Shown: positions 7,001 through 16,578, counted from the first letter of the stretch. The stretch is DNA of 32,000 nucleotides from Candidatus Nitrosomarinus catalinensis (GCF_002156965.1 NZ_CP021324.1:600681-632680), one strand, 5' to 3'. Made by a program: numbers and translations. The notes: generated by a model not told the origin, from the letters alone.

Positions 7001-7558
7001 TTATTTGTCGATACCTTTTTTCTTTTCAAAAGCATAGATACCATCTAAGAATACTCTATGATCTTTGTTCTTTACTTTGGTTTTTAATTCAATATTTGCT
7101 GCAGTTTGAGTGATATCTGTCCAAACTTCTCCAGTGAGAATAACATCCTCTCCTTTTGGAATAACTTTGGTATTTCCAACTATGACTGTTTTTCTTGGTG
7201 CTCTTTCTCCTTGAAAGTTTTCAATGATTACATCCTTTCCTTCTACTTTCACTGTTATTGGAAAGTGTGCAAAAACAACTTTCATTTTAATCGTATATCC
7301 TGTAATCAGTCCTTCACAAATATTTCTAATCAATGATCTTGCTGCATGTAAAATTGCATAGTCTTTTTTTCTTTGATCAATTGTTGTTAGTAGAACTTTG
7401 CTATCTGTAATTTCTAAATTTACTGGAATCTTGCGGAAACTTTGATGTGTTTTTCCTAATGGACCTACAAATGTTAACATGTGTTTTTTTTGTGTAATTG
7501 TAACTCCTTCTGGAATCTCCACTTCGTCTTGAAATTTTTCTAATTGACTAGTAGACAT
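7001..7558 (-). CDS. rpl6: 50S ribosomal protein uL6
   Basis: 185 aa with an uL6-like two-domain sequence (VEIPEGVTIT...LTFVGPLGK...). Canonical position after uS8. Overlaps uS8 by 11 nt. Confidence 0.9.
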   Translation of the reverse strand: MSTSQLEKFQDEVEIPEGVTITQKKHMLTFVGPLGKTHQSFRKIPVNLEITDSKVLLTTIDQRKKDYAILHAARSLIRNICEGLITGYTIKMKVVFAHFPITVKVEGKDVIIENFQGERAPRKTVIVGNTKVIPKGEDVILTGEVWTDITQTAANIELKTKVKNKDHRVFLDGIYAFEKKKGIDK

Positions 7559-7940
7559 ATCCGATTAAAAATCCTCCAATTCCTTTTTCTATGGCATCGT
7601 GATGTGACATGACACCTTGATTTGTTGTAACTAGTAACATTCCTCTATCATATGAAGGCAAGTACTGCTGTTCCCAGTTATTATATTCATCATTTTTTAC
7701 TTTGAATCTTGGTGAGATAGCCCCACATTTGGTAATTTTTGCTAACAAGTTTATCTTGAATTTGCCGCCTCTTTTATCGTCAATATGTTCGAATTCTCCA
7801 ATATATCCATCTTTTTGAAGTGTTTTTAGGACTTCAACACCTAATTTCGAAGTTGGTAAGATAATGCAATCTGATTTCCTTCTTGTCTCGTTATTGTAAA
7901 GTGTAACGAACAAATTTGCTAAAATATTGGTTGCTGGCAT
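7548..7940 (-). CDS. rps8: 30S ribosomal protein uS8
   Basis: 130 aa. LANLFVTLYNNETRRK...LKTLQKDGYIGEFEHIDD is typical of archaeal S8. Confidence 0.9.
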   Translation of the reverse strand: MPATNILANLFVTLYNNETRRKSDCIILPTSKLGVEVLKTLQKDGYIGEFEHIDDKRGGKFKINLLAKITKCGAISPRFKVKNDEYNNWEQQYLPSYDRGMLLVTTNQGVMSHHDAIEKGIGGFLIGYVY

Positions 7941-7946
7941 CTATAA

Positions 7947-8126
7947 TCACCGATTTTTCCTGAACCCTAAAGATGTTGCTACTTCTCTAAAGCATCGTCT
8001 GCATAACATTAAGTCATATTTTTGAATAACAGCTGTATAATCTCCACATCTTTTACACCATCTGGAACCTCTTCCAAAATCATGTTTTTTTCTACCAGTG
8101 GCTTCATAGGATCTATCTTTAGGCAT
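7947..8126 (-). CDS. rps14: 30S ribosomal protein uS14 (zinc-binding type), 59 aa, absent from the ORF track
   Basis: Hand translation gives MPKDRSYEATGRKKHDFGRGSRWCKRCGDYTAVIQKYDLMLCRRCFREVATSLGFRKNR. Contains CxxC...CxxC. The ATG shares 1 nt with the uL5 stop (TAATG). Canonical slot between uL5 and uS8. Confidence 0.9.
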   Translation of the reverse strand: MPKDRSYEATGRKKHDFGRGSRWCKRCGDYTAVIQKYDLMLCRRCFREVATSLGFRKNR

Positions 8127-8647
8127 TATACTATCGTAACTCCATATTCTTTTGTTAGATAATCCTTTGCTTCTTGATTCGTAATGATATGTGATTTTCC
8201 TACACTAGCTTTGTGTTTACTTCTCTTACGAATTGAATAACCTGGTCTGGTTAATGTAACTGAAATTCCAAGTCCTAAAATTCCTATTTGTGGATCATAT
8301 TTTACACCTGGAATATCGATATGTTCATTAATTCCAAATGAATAATTTCCAAAATTATCAAATGATCTACCATTAACAGAATTTCCTTTTGCTTCGAGTA
8401 ATCTTTTCAATAATGCTATTGCGTCATCACCTCTGATTGTTACTGCAACTCCTATTGGCTCTCCTTTTCTTACTCCCCATTCTCTTTGGGTATCTTTTGC
8501 ATTTCTTGTTGATGGTTTTTTACCTGAAATTTGTTCTAATGCTTTTTTTGCAATATCTATTACATCACCTGATTTACCAATTCCCATATTCAAAACTACT
8601 TTCTCTAATGAGATTTTTTTCATTGGGGATTCTGTTACTTGAGACAT
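8126..8647 (-). CDS. rpl5: 50S ribosomal protein uL5
   Basis: 173 aa. LEKVVLNMGIGKSGD and conserved operon position. Confidence 0.9.
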   Translation of the reverse strand: MSQVTESPMKKISLEKVVLNMGIGKSGDVIDIAKKALEQISGKKPSTRNAKDTQREWGVRKGEPIGVAVTIRGDDAIALLKRLLEAKGNSVNGRSFDNFGNYSFGINEHIDIPGVKYDPQIGILGLGISVTLTRPGYSIRKRSKHKASVGKSHIITNQEAKDYLTKEYGVTIV

Positions 8648-8651
8648 ATTA

Positions 8652-9368
8652 TCACTTTAATTGAATTACAGGCTCCTCTTTACCTATTGGCATAATAACA
8701 TCAGCTGGGATTTCGATTTTTCTATCACCTAGAGTTAGAATGACTCTTTTTGGAAGAATAAAAGTTCCTTCTTCTACACTTTCAACTTTGCCTATTTGTC
8801 CTGCATTTACACCACGTGTAACTAGTCCTTGGCATCCTGCTTCAAGTTTGATTATTTCTAAAACTTTTTGATCTGGAATTTGCATAACACATGTGTCGCC
8901 AATTTTTCCATTTACTTCTGCAAGTGTTGAGCGACCATCATGAAATCCTGTCTGTGTTTTACCTTTGTTTATTGTTGTTTTAGTAACAATTGTTACTAAT
9001 TTTTTAGATTTTTCTGCATCTGTAATTTTAATTGGTTTCAATATTTTTCCTTCTGTTGGCACAAGACGATAGATATCTGAAACATTTTCTAATTCTATAA
9101 CGTCCATTAATCCAATTGCATGATGTAATGATTTTCTAACAACTCCATCGATTTTGACTTTACCCGAATAAATTGATGCTTTAGCTTCTCTAAGACTTGA
9201 AACTATCTTTAATGTGTCTCTAAGAAATACAGCTGTTGGAATTGCATAACTCTTTTTGTGTGGACCTGGTCTTGTTGTAATTACAAATCGTTTATCTTTT
9301 CTTGCAATGCCCCAGAATTGTGGAGCCATTTGTCGTTTGAGTTTTTTACTTCCTGCTATACTAACCAT
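8652..9368 (-). CDS. rps4e: 30S ribosomal protein eS4
   Basis: 238 aa. N-terminal GSKKLKRQMAPQFWGI plus a KOW-like region. Archaea/eukaryote-specific protein. Confidence 0.9.
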   Translation of the reverse strand: MVSIAGSKKLKRQMAPQFWGIARKDKRFVITTRPGPHKKSYAIPTAVFLRDTLKIVSSLREAKASIYSGKVKIDGVVRKSLHHAIGLMDVIELENVSDIYRLVPTEGKILKPIKITDAEKSKKLVTIVTKTTINKGKTQTGFHDGRSTLAEVNGKIGDTCVMQIPDQKVLEIIKLEAGCQGLVTRGVNAGQIGKVESVEEGTFILPKRVILTLGDRKIEIPADVIMPIGKEEPVIQLK

Positions 9369-9808
9369 TAATTCTCATCTTCCTTTTTTTCGACTTCTTT
9401 TTCTACTTTTGTTTCTTTACTATTTTCTTTTGGAGTTTCTTTAGGTTGTTTTCTAGGATCTTTTCCTTGTAATTTGGCCATTCTCCATTTGTCATCTCCG
9501 TTTAATGATGTAATTACTAGATTTGATGTGTGTATGTAAACGTCAAATTTATCACCTTTAGTTTTTTCTTTCTTAACTCCTTCAATTGCAACACTAGATT
9601 TTGATGTTGAAATATTTGAAACTTTACCATCTACTCCTTTGAATTCTCCTCTAAGAATGGTTACGCTGTCCCCTTCTACTACTCTAGCACTTTTTTTACC
9701 GTATTTTTTTTGTAAGTCTTTTGATAAATTAGCGCCCAATTGTTTACTTCTAGTTTGAATTGTAGCTTGGAAAATCATTCGATTGCGCATTTTTGTTGGT
9801 TTTACCAT
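9368..9808 (-). CDS. rpl24: 50S ribosomal protein uL24 with Lys/Glu-rich C-terminal tail
   Basis: KOW motif [19 protein letters not shown]-terminal tail [24 protein letters not shown]. Confidence 0.88.
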   Translation of the reverse strand: MVKPTKMRNRMIFQATIQTRSKQLGANLSKDLQKKYGKKSARVVEGDSVTILRGEFKGVDGKVSNISTSKSSVAIEGVKKEKTKGDKFDVYIHTSNLVITSLNGDDKWRMAKLQGKDPRKQPKETPKENSKETKVEKEVEKKEDEN

Positions 9809-9812
9809 TTTA

Positions 9813-10235
9813 TCATATCACCGTTGATGCCAAGTTAGCTACTCTAGGCCATTTTTCTGAGGCTTCTGCTGCTACTGGTCCTTTAATGTCAGTTCCTTTT
9901 GTTTCTCCTTCAGGAGTAATTAATACTGCTGCGTTATCTTCAAAACAAACTCTAACTCCGTTTAATCTACGTACTGCATATTTTTGTCTAACAATTACTG
10001 CACCATACACTTGTTTTCTTAATTCTGCTGGTCCTTTCTTTACTACAACATTACAAAAATCACCTACTGCTGCTGCAGGAAGTCTTGATGCTCTTGTTTT
10101 GTGTCTTGGAACATTGATTACTTCTAAAATTTTTGCACCTGAATTATCTGCACATGTGATGTTTGCACCTACTGGTATTGATCTTGTTACATATGGACGG
10201 AACTCTTCAACGCCTTTACCTGCTTGTTTTGCCAT
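9813..10235 (-). CDS. rpl14: 50S ribosomal protein uL14
   Basis: 140 aa. [21 protein letters not shown] is a typical uL14 motif. Confidence 0.92.
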   Translation of the reverse strand: MAKQAGKGVEEFRPYVTRSIPVGANITCADNSGAKILEVINVPRHKTRASRLPAAAVGDFCNVVVKKGPAELRKQVYGAVIVRQKYAVRRLNGVRVCFEDNAAVLITPEGETKGTDIKGPVAAEASEKWPRVANLASTVI

Positions 10236-10564
10236 TATGCTTTTACCTCAATTACTACGTATGATACGGATTTTGCTATTGGTCTGCACTCTGCAGCCAG
10301 TACTACATCTCCTTCTTTTACTACTAAGTTTGATGGTACGTGTGCATGAATGGTACTTGTATTTCTAGCATATCTTTTAAATTTAGTAAAGTAAACAGGA
10401 GATTCTTTTTGAATAACTACTGTGTCTTTTGCTTTTGATTTAATGACTTTACCTTCAAATAACTTACCACGAATTGAAAGTGTTCCATTAAATGGATTTT
10501 TTGTATCCCCATCTTTTGGTTCCTCTTTAGGTGCGTTTACTTTGATTCCTATGTTTCTAGTCAT
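10235..10564 (-). CDS. rps17: 30S ribosomal protein uS17
   Basis: 109 aa. GKVIKSKAKDTVVIQ...GDVVLAAECRPIAKS is uS17 OB-fold sequence. Confidence 0.88.
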   Translation of the reverse strand: MTRNIGIKVNAPKEEPKDGDTKNPFNGTLSIRGKLFEGKVIKSKAKDTVVIQKESPVYFTKFKRYARNTSTIHAHVPSNLVVKEGDVVLAAECRPIAKSVSYVVIEVKA

Positions 10565-10827
10565 GCTTTTGCTCCTATTCTTTCAAATGGTCTCTTTGCA
10601 ATTGATGATCCATTAACTAAGAAACTTTCACCTTTGATGAAAAATTTCAAATTACTGGTTAATTTTGGAATCATTTTTTTACCTTTTTTTGTGTTTATTG
10701 TTAACATAGATTTTGTTTCATTGATTACTCTTCCATTTAATCCTACTAATTGTAAATTACTTGATTCTACTACTTGTGTATCTAAACCGATTAACTCATG
10801 TCTAGCAATTGTATCTATGGTAATCAT
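10561..10827 (-). CDS. rnp1: RNase P protein component 1 (Rpp29/Pop4)
   Basis: 88 aa. HELIGLDTQVVESSN...GRVINETKSMLTI...KRPFERI. Canonical archaeal position between uL29 and uS17. 4-nt overlaps on both sides. Confidence 0.8.
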   Translation of the reverse strand: MITIDTIARHELIGLDTQVVESSNLQLVGLNGRVINETKSMLTINTKKGKKMIPKLTSNLKFFIKGESFLVNGSSIAKRPFERIGAKA

Positions 10828-11030
10828 TGCTTTTTCTCCATTTCATTTAATCTAGTTAACATTCTTGCAATATTGTGACGAATTGGTTTTAATTTGCCAC
10901 TTTCTTTTCTTAATGTTCCTTTAGATGAATCTACTCTGAGTTTTGCTAATTCTGTTCTGCTTTCTTGAATTTTACTTTTAAGATCTTTCTCATTCAAATT
11001 GTTTACTGTTTTCATACTGATTTTGGTCAT
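10824..11030 (-). CDS. rpl29: 50S ribosomal protein uL29
   Basis: 68 aa. [21 protein letters not shown] and operon position. Confidence 0.85.
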   Translation of the reverse strand: MTKISMKTVNNLNEKDLKSKIQESRTELAKLRVDSSKGTLRKESGKLKPIRHNIARMLTRLNEMEKKQ

Positions 11031-11815
11031 TTCATTGTTGCCTCATCTTCTTCTAATGTTTCTAAAGTTTTCATTTTTTCAGCTTCAATTGCAATTTGTT
11101 CTGATTCTGATTTAGCTTTCTCTTCATCTGTCTCTACCTTAATGACTTCAACTTTAACATCTCCGTCAACTTTAACTTCTTCAACTTTTTTGACTGGTTT
11201 TTCTTTTGCCTCTTTCTTTTTCTTTTCTTTAATTAATTCAAATTCTGGAATGACTTTTTCTTTATTTGCAATTCTTATTCTAATTCCAATTAGACCCATT
11301 GCTGTTTCTACGTGTGCAATATCTTCATCAACTATAACCTCTGCATGATGACCTGCTCTAGGTAAAATTCCTGCAACATGTTTCTCAAATGCAGAACGGT
11401 CACCTCTAAGTTTTCCTGAAATTGTAATCTGAACACCCATTGCACCACTTTCCATAATTTGTTTCATAGTCCACATGGTTGCTCTTCTAAATGCTGTTCC
11501 TCTCTCCAAATGTGATGCCATTCTATTACACATTACACTTGATGATAAATCTGGTTTTTCTATTTCATTAACTGAAATCTGAGGATTTTTCAAACCAAAA
11601 TCTGTTGCCAGTTTTTCTGTAAGGTCTCTAATTCCTGAACCTTTTCTTCCGATAACTATACCTGGTCTTGTAACGTGTAATGCAACTCTTGTACCTGTTG
11701 GTGTCTTTGATATTTCTGCATGAGAAAATCCTGCATCTTTAATTGCAATTTTCAAATAATCTTTTAACAACATCATGTTGTAATTATCTTTGATAACATT
11801 TTTCACTGCTGACAT
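11027..11815 (-). CDS. rps3: 30S ribosomal protein uS3 with long Lys/Glu-rich C-terminal extension
   Basis: KH domain [29 protein letters not shown]. About 70 C-terminal residues are K/E/V-rich. Confidence 0.9.
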   Translation of the reverse strand: MSAVKNVIKDNYNMMLLKDYLKIAIKDAGFSHAEISKTPTGTRVALHVTRPGIVIGRKGSGIRDLTEKLATDFGLKNPQISVNEIEKPDLSSSVMCNRMASHLERGTAFRRATMWTMKQIMESGAMGVQITISGKLRGDRSAFEKHVAGILPRAGHHAEVIVDEDIAHVETAMGLIGIRIRIANKEKVIPEFELIKEKKKKEAKEKPVKKVEEVKVDGDVKVEVIKVETDEEKAKSESEQIAIEAEKMKTLETLEEDEATMK

Positions 11816-11817
11816 AT

Positions 11818-12285
11818 CTAAATCTCCTGGGCCACCAATTCCACGTGTGTTAATACATTATTCTTTGGAGTTGCTCTGCCCATTGCTCTTGGAATGAATC
11901 TTTTTACAATAACTCCTTTGTGTACTGTAGCGTTTACAATTTTTAATCTGTCTAAATCCATTCCTTTGTATTCTGCATTTGATTCTAAATTATCTAAAAC
12001 TTTGATGAATTCTTTTGCTGTTTTTTGTGGATAACGACCTGACATTACTCCAGGATCTGCTTTGTGTCCAACTTGATTTTTGTATCTTCTAAATGGAACT
12101 GCTCTTTTCTGATTGATTACTGCTAACAAAAAGTCTCTAGCTTTTTCAATGGATAGTCCTTTGATTGCAACTGCAACTTCTCTTGCGTGTTTGTGAGACA
12201 TGTCTTTTTCTCTTACTGATGATCTAACATGTCTAGTTGCATCATAATTTTGGAAAGCGTAATCGAATCTACCCATAATAATCAC
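11818..12285 (-). CDS. rpl22: 50S ribosomal protein uL22
   Basis: 155 aa. [21 protein letters not shown] and operon position. Confidence 0.88.
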   Translation of the reverse strand: MIIMGRFDYAFQNYDATRHVRSSVREKDMSHKHAREVAVAIKGLSIEKARDFLLAVINQKRAVPFRRYKNQVGHKADPGVMSGRYPQKTAKEFIKVLDNLESNAEYKGMDLDRLKIVNATVHKGVIVKRFIPRAMGRATPKNNVLTHVELVAQEI

Positions 12286-12677
12286 TTCAATGGTACGTAA
12301 AGGCTGGATCTTGATGCTCCTACTCCTGGTGCACCGTGTTGTACCTTCTTGTTTGTTATGACATATTCTCCCAAATATCGACCAACCATTTCTGTTGTAA
12401 TATTTACTGGACGAAATTCTTTTCCTGAGAAAACATTTACTGTAACGCCTACCATGTATGGTAGAATAATTAAATCCCTAAGATGTGTCTTGATTGGATT
12501 TTTCAATTTTCCTGCTTTTGCAGCTTTAATTTCTTCAATTAATTTTCTTTTTCCATCTGTAATCCCTCTTGTAAGAGATCTTCTTTGTCTGGAATTGAAT
12601 AATAAGAATAATTTTTCTAATGAAGTATTATCTAACTCTTCTTTAGTTAGTCCTCTATATTGAAATTCTTTAACCAA
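12282..12677 (-). CDS. rps19: 30S ribosomal protein uS19
   Basis: 131 aa. HLRDLIILPYMVGVTVNVFSGKEF. TTG start with a GGAGG motif a few nt upstream on the minus strand. Confidence 0.88.
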   Translation of the reverse strand: MVKEFQYRGLTKEELDNTSLEKLFLLFNSRQRRSLTRGITDGKRKLIEEIKAAKAGKLKNPIKTHLRDLIILPYMVGVTVNVFSGKEFRPVNITTEMVGRYLGEYVITNKKVQHGAPGVGASRSSLYVPLK

Positions 12678-12721
12678 TTTTTTCCTCCAATGTTAATCTA
12701 CTTCGAGTTTTATCGTCCATA

Positions 12722-12988
12722 TTAGAGCATTCCTATCTTTGTTGCGAGATCTCTAGCTTTTTCAGTGGTTTCAAATTGAACAAATGCCTTTTTACCATAA
12801 ATTGTTCTTGCTGTGTTTACTTTGATTACTTTTTGTTTGTAAAGTGTATTGACTGCTTCTGCTATTTCTGGTTTTTTTGCAGATAATTCAACAATAAAGC
12901 AGATTTTATTTTCATTTTCTATCATGGCAAATGTCTTTTCAGTAATGTATGGTTTGACAATTATTTTCATTGCTGTTTCTACATTCAT
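12722..12988 (-). CDS. rpl23: 50S ribosomal protein uL23
   Basis: 88 aa. IIVKPYITEKTFAMIENENKICFIV...KVNT, following uL4. Confidence 0.85.
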   Translation of the reverse strand: MNVETAMKIIVKPYITEKTFAMIENENKICFIVELSAKKPEIAEAVNTLYKQKVIKVNTARTIYGKKAFVQFETTEKARDLATKIGML

Positions 12989-13797
12989 TGTGATTTCACC
13001 ATTACTTCTAGATGTGTTGATTTAATTTTTGCAATTTCTTCTATTGCTGATTTTGAATACACTGTTAATCTGATTGGATGTGAACCTGGAGCTAAATCTA
13101 AGACACTCAAGTCTTTTACACTTTTTACTTCTACTCCTGGTAATGCGCCTATTGCTTTAGACACTTCTTTATCATCTTTAGTAACAAACAAAACACTTTT
13201 TCCGACTTTTTTACTTCTGCCTCTTAGTCGAGATTGTCCTGAACGTGATTTTCTTGATTCTAATCTATCTGTATCTTGTGTTAGTTTTAGAGATTCTAGT
13301 ACTTTGACCATTTCATTTGATTTTGAAATTGATTCAATATCATCTGAAACAATTATTGGGAATGATTCTATGCCCTCGATTTTATGACCTCTTGATTCTA
13401 TTATTGTCTTTGATGATGTAGCAGCAATAGCTGAACACAATGCTAATTTGTTTTCTTTTTTGTTTAATTTTTTGTAAATTACTTTTCCTACAATTGGTGG
13501 ATGTGCTTGTCTTCCACCTCTAGTTGAAGCAACTTCTGCACCTTGACCTTGTCTTCCACCGCCCCCGCCTTGAGCTCTTGCAACACGAGATACACCTTGA
13601 CCTGTTGGTGGATCATTTGAATCTGCAACAACATCTTGACCGGCACTTGGATGTCTTCCTTGTGGTTGGAATTTGTGAGATGTAAGATTTATCCATGCTT
13701 TGTGAATTAATTCTCTTCTAAATGGTGTTGAGAAAATTATTGGTAATTCGATTTCTCCATCTTTAGTTCCTGTAGTTGTATATGTTGTAATTTTCAT
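12985..13797 (-). CDS. rpl4: 50S ribosomal protein uL4
   Basis: 270 aa. Gly/Arg-rich loop RAQGGGGGRQGQGAEVASTRGGRQAHPP and operon position. Confidence 0.88.
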   Translation of the reverse strand: MKITTYTTTGTKDGEIELPIIFSTPFRRELIHKAWINLTSHKFQPQGRHPSAGQDVVADSNDPPTGQGVSRVARAQGGGGGRQGQGAEVASTRGGRQAHPPIVGKVIYKKLNKKENKLALCSAIAATSSKTIIESRGHKIEGIESFPIIVSDDIESISKSNEMVKVLESLKLTQDTDRLESRKSRSGQSRLRGRSKKVGKSVLFVTKDDKEVSKAIGALPGVEVKSVKDLSVLDLAPGSHPIRLTVYSKSAIEEIAKIKSTHLEVMVKSQ

Positions 13798-14792
13798 TAT
13801 ATTACAACCTCCAAGATATTTGGTTTGTTAACTTTAACTGGTGCATTTCTAATTTGACTTCTTAATTTGATTAGTCTTCTATATGTTCCTGGAACTGAAC
13901 CTTTCAAAATAATGAAATCTCCTTTAACCAAACCAAAGTGTTTGTATCCTCCATCTGGATTAATTTTTAATTTATCGTTATCTGTATTACCCATAACTAG
14001 AATTCTTTTATCATATTCAACTCTTTGATGAAAACCTGTTTGTCCTGCTCTTGGGACTGTGTACATGATACTTTGTGGTGAAATTGGACCTAGTGAACCA
14101 ACTTCTCTAACTGTCTTTCTTGATTTGTGTTGTTTCTTTTTTACATTCCATCTTCTCATTACACCTTGCCATCCGTGACCTTTTGTAATTGCTGCAACAT
14201 CTACTGTTGAACCTGTTTCAAAAATTTGATCAATTTTAATTTCTTTTCCTAATACTTCTTTTACATGTGCAAATTGTTTTTCAATGTCTCCACCGCTAAC
14301 CATTGCTTCAAAAATATATGGTTTCTTCATTTCTAATCCTGCAGCTCTTGGAGATACTGCAACGATTGCAAATATTTCTTTAATTTTCTTTAAACTTTTT
14401 TCTGCGTTTTCTAATGCGCCCTCTTTATTTTTAAAAGTCATTTCTTTTGAAATGTATTTTGGAATATCTTCTGAATAAACATCAAACTCAGCATGTAATC
14501 CGTCATGATCTTTTGAATAACCTCTAATTCCTAAAATTAAAACTGGTGGTGTAACTAAGACAGTTCCTAAACTAACTAATTGCTTTCCTGCATTAGGAAC
14601 TTTTTCACGATCATCAATACTTACTACTTGAACACAACCTGCTTTGAATCCGCAATGAGCTAAAATTTTTGGTTCTTCTGATGCTGATCTACTTGGCCAT
14701 GCTCTAATTCTTGCTTCCATAGTTTTTGCGCGAACTCTACGTGAGTATGCTAAACTACCTCTACGTGGTGAATGTCTTTTTCGAGCTCCCAT
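13797..14792 (-). CDS. rpl3: 50S ribosomal protein uL3 (first gene of the operon)
   Basis: 331 aa. N-terminus MGARKRHSPRRGSLAY and GHGWQGVMRRW are typical of archaeal L3. Confidence 0.92.
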   Translation of the reverse strand: MGARKRHSPRRGSLAYSRRVRAKTMEARIRAWPSRSASEEPKILAHCGFKAGCVQVVSIDDREKVPNAGKQLVSLGTVLVTPPVLILGIRGYSKDHDGLHAEFDVYSEDIPKYISKEMTFKNKEGALENAEKSLKKIKEIFAIVAVSPRAAGLEMKKPYIFEAMVSGGDIEKQFAHVKEVLGKEIKIDQIFETGSTVDVAAITKGHGWQGVMRRWNVKKKQHKSRKTVREVGSLGPISPQSIMYTVPRAGQTGFHQRVEYDKRILVMGNTDNDKLKINPDGGYKHFGLVKGDFIILKGSVPGTYRRLIKLRSQIRNAPVKVNKPNILEVVI

Positions 14793-14834
14793 TGTTAAAT
14801 CGTCTCTCGAATTCCCTCTATTAAACCCTGTTAG

Positions 14835-14870
14835 TTGTCGTTAACCAAAATATTTTAACAGGTTAACCAT
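14835..14870 (-). promoter_or_regulatory. Candidate promoter of the r-protein operon (TATA-like AAAATATTTTAA flanked by two GGTTAAC copies)
   Basis: On the minus strand, GGTTAACCTGTTAAAATATTTTGGTTAACG lies about 45-75 nt upstream of the uL3 ATG. Assignment rests on position and AT-box appearance only. Confidence 0.3.
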
Positions 14871-15002
14871 CATGACTAAATTAAGTTATTTTAAAACATC
14901 TGAAATCATATTCCAAATAGTTATTCCGCCAATAATTACTCCCATAACACCTATGCCTATTGCAAATATCAAAAAATTTTTTCTTTCTGCCATGTTTTAT
15001 AA

Positions 15003-15809
15003 TTATTTTTGAGCATTAATTATTGCTAACGTGCCGAGCAATGCTTCTTCCAAACGTACTGTTTCAGTTGCTTGATTAGGGAAAAAATTCAATGATTTTG
15101 AATTTTGAACTTTGTTCATTCTTCCACCAATTATTTCATGAACTCCTTTTTCTGGAGATCCAAATACAACTAGTAAGTTTTCTTCAGATTTAGTATATTT
15201 TTCAAGATGTTCTTTAGTTACTGTTTTGCCTTTTCTTGATGTGATAATGATATTTCCTTTCCATTCTGATAGCAATGAAAATAAGTTGGATCTTTCTTTG
15301 ACATCATAGCCCCAATACGTTTTTGATTCGCTATTGTCAATTTCTTTAACTGATAATCTTGGATATCCTTCTTTAAATTGAATTGTCACTCTTTTTCCAG
15401 TTGGGGTTTTGCCATAAAATTGAATTAATTGATTAATTCCTACATCGACAAATTTTTTACCTTTGACTGTTACTATTACTCCCTCCCTGATATCTCCTGC
15501 AACAATTTTTTTTGCATTCGTTGGAGTATTATGACTTGGAATTCTTAATGGATGTAATACTCCTGCAAATTTAAGATCATTTACTTTTTGAAATAGTCTT
15601 CTTCTCAAGAATTGGGGAGTCTCTAAATATCTTAGAATCATTGTCATGAAACTTCCATCTGAACCATTATTGCCTTCGTTATAGACATAGATTGTATCAA
15701 TTTTAAAAATTGCACATGCTCTTGCTAGAACTGAAATTTTTCTAGTTTTATCTATCTTAAGTGATTCATCTTGTAATGAGGATGTGGGAATTGCAACAGA
15801 TATTTTCAA
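15003..15809 (-). CDS. SPOUT-superfamily putative RNA methyltransferase (DUF171 / SPOUT1-C9orf114-like)
   Basis: 268 aa. N-terminus ISVAIPTSSLQDE...ISVLARACAIFKIDTIYVY is the DUF171 pattern as I remember it. This family commonly neighbours r-protein and proteasome genes in archaea. Confidence 0.6.
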   Translation of the reverse strand: MKISVAIPTSSLQDESLKIDKTRKISVLARACAIFKIDTIYVYNEGNNGSDGSFMTMILRYLETPQFLRRRLFQKVNDLKFAGVLHPLRIPSHNTPTNAKKIVAGDIREGVIVTVKGKKFVDVGINQLIQFYGKTPTGKRVTIQFKEGYPRLSVKEIDNSESKTYWGYDVKERSNLFSLLSEWKGNIIITSRKGKTVTKEHLEKYTKSEENLLVVFGSPEKGVHEIIGGRMNKVQNSKSLNFFPNQATETVRLEEALLGTLAIINAQK

Positions 15810-15840
15810 TGTAATTTAATCTCACAGTAGTTTTAACTAG

Positions 15841-16578
15841 TTAATTTTTTCCGTGTGGATATTTTTCTTTAGCAGTATTTGCATAATTAACGATTTGTTC
15901 ATCTGAAACTAATTCGTACAAACCTGTTTCTGTCTTAATGTGTGCCATTCTGATATGACTTGTTCCCTCTTTATCTTCACTTGAAAGATAAATTCCGGCA
16001 GCTGCTAATGTTGATGCTTCATCTAATGTTAATTCTTCTTTGTATGTTTTTTCTAAAAAGTCTGTAACACTATCAGAACCTGAACCAATAGAAATTGCAT
16101 CATATGAAATGTAAGTTCCACTTGGGTCTGTAAGGTATAGTTGAGGTGTATTGTTTACTACTCCACCCAAAATTAAAGCAACACCATATGGTCTTACTCC
16201 TGCATATTGTGTATATTGTTGACATTGATCAGCTAAATGTTTTGCAATTGTTTCAACTTCAACTTCTTCATCATAAATCATTTTGTTACTTTGAGAAAAG
16301 AATCTTGCATTATCTACTTGACTTCTTGCATCTGGAATATATCCTGCTGCAGCCACTCCTACATGATCATCAATTTGAAATATCTTTTGAGCAGTTTCTG
16401 AAATTTGTAATTTTCTTGGTTTCTCCTCTACTGCTATGACAATTCCTTCTTTACATTTTACTCCAACAGCAACTGTTCCTCTTCTTACAGTTTCAATTGC
16501 ATATTCTACTTGGTATAATCTACCGTCAGGAGAAAATACAGTAATTGCTCGATCATAACCTTGTTGTGCAGGAAGCAT
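15841..16578 (-). CDS. psmA: Proteasome subunit alpha
   Basis: 245 aa. N-terminal GYDRAITVFSPDGRLYQVEYA is the alpha-subunit signature. Confidence 0.93.
   Translation of the reverse strand: MLPAQQGYDRAITVFSPDGRLYQVEYAIETVRRGTVAVGVKCKEGIVIAVEEKPRKLQISETAQKIFQIDDHVGVAAAGYIPDARSQVDNARFFSQSNKMIYDEEVEVETIAKHLADQCQQYTQYAGVRPYGVALILGGVVNNTPQLYLTDPSGTYISYDAISIGSGSDSVTDFLEKTYKEELTLDEASTLAAAGIYLSSEDKEGTSHIRMAHIKTETGLYELVSDEQIVNYANTAKEKYPHGKN

Noticed and set aside
9793-11348. Long plus-strand ORFs (9793..10368, 10422..10616, 10634..10855, 10965..11348) antisense to r-protein genes
   Set aside because: They lie antisense to highly conserved uL14, uS17, Rpp29 and uS3 coding sequence. Their low-complexity, hydrophobic translations are typical of shadow ORFs.
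14841-14993. Small minus-strand ORF upstream of the uL3 operon. As written it gives 50 aa (MAERKNFLIFAIGIGVMGSNYWRNNYLEYDF...). Removing one C from the C4 run at 14940-14943 would give a neat 35-aa TM peptide (MAERKNFLIFAIGIGVMGVIIGGITIWNMISDVLK).
   Set aside because: It requires assuming a homopolymer error or frameshift, and as written the ORF overlaps the putative operon promoter. This is too speculative to call. It may merit a read-level check of the C-run.
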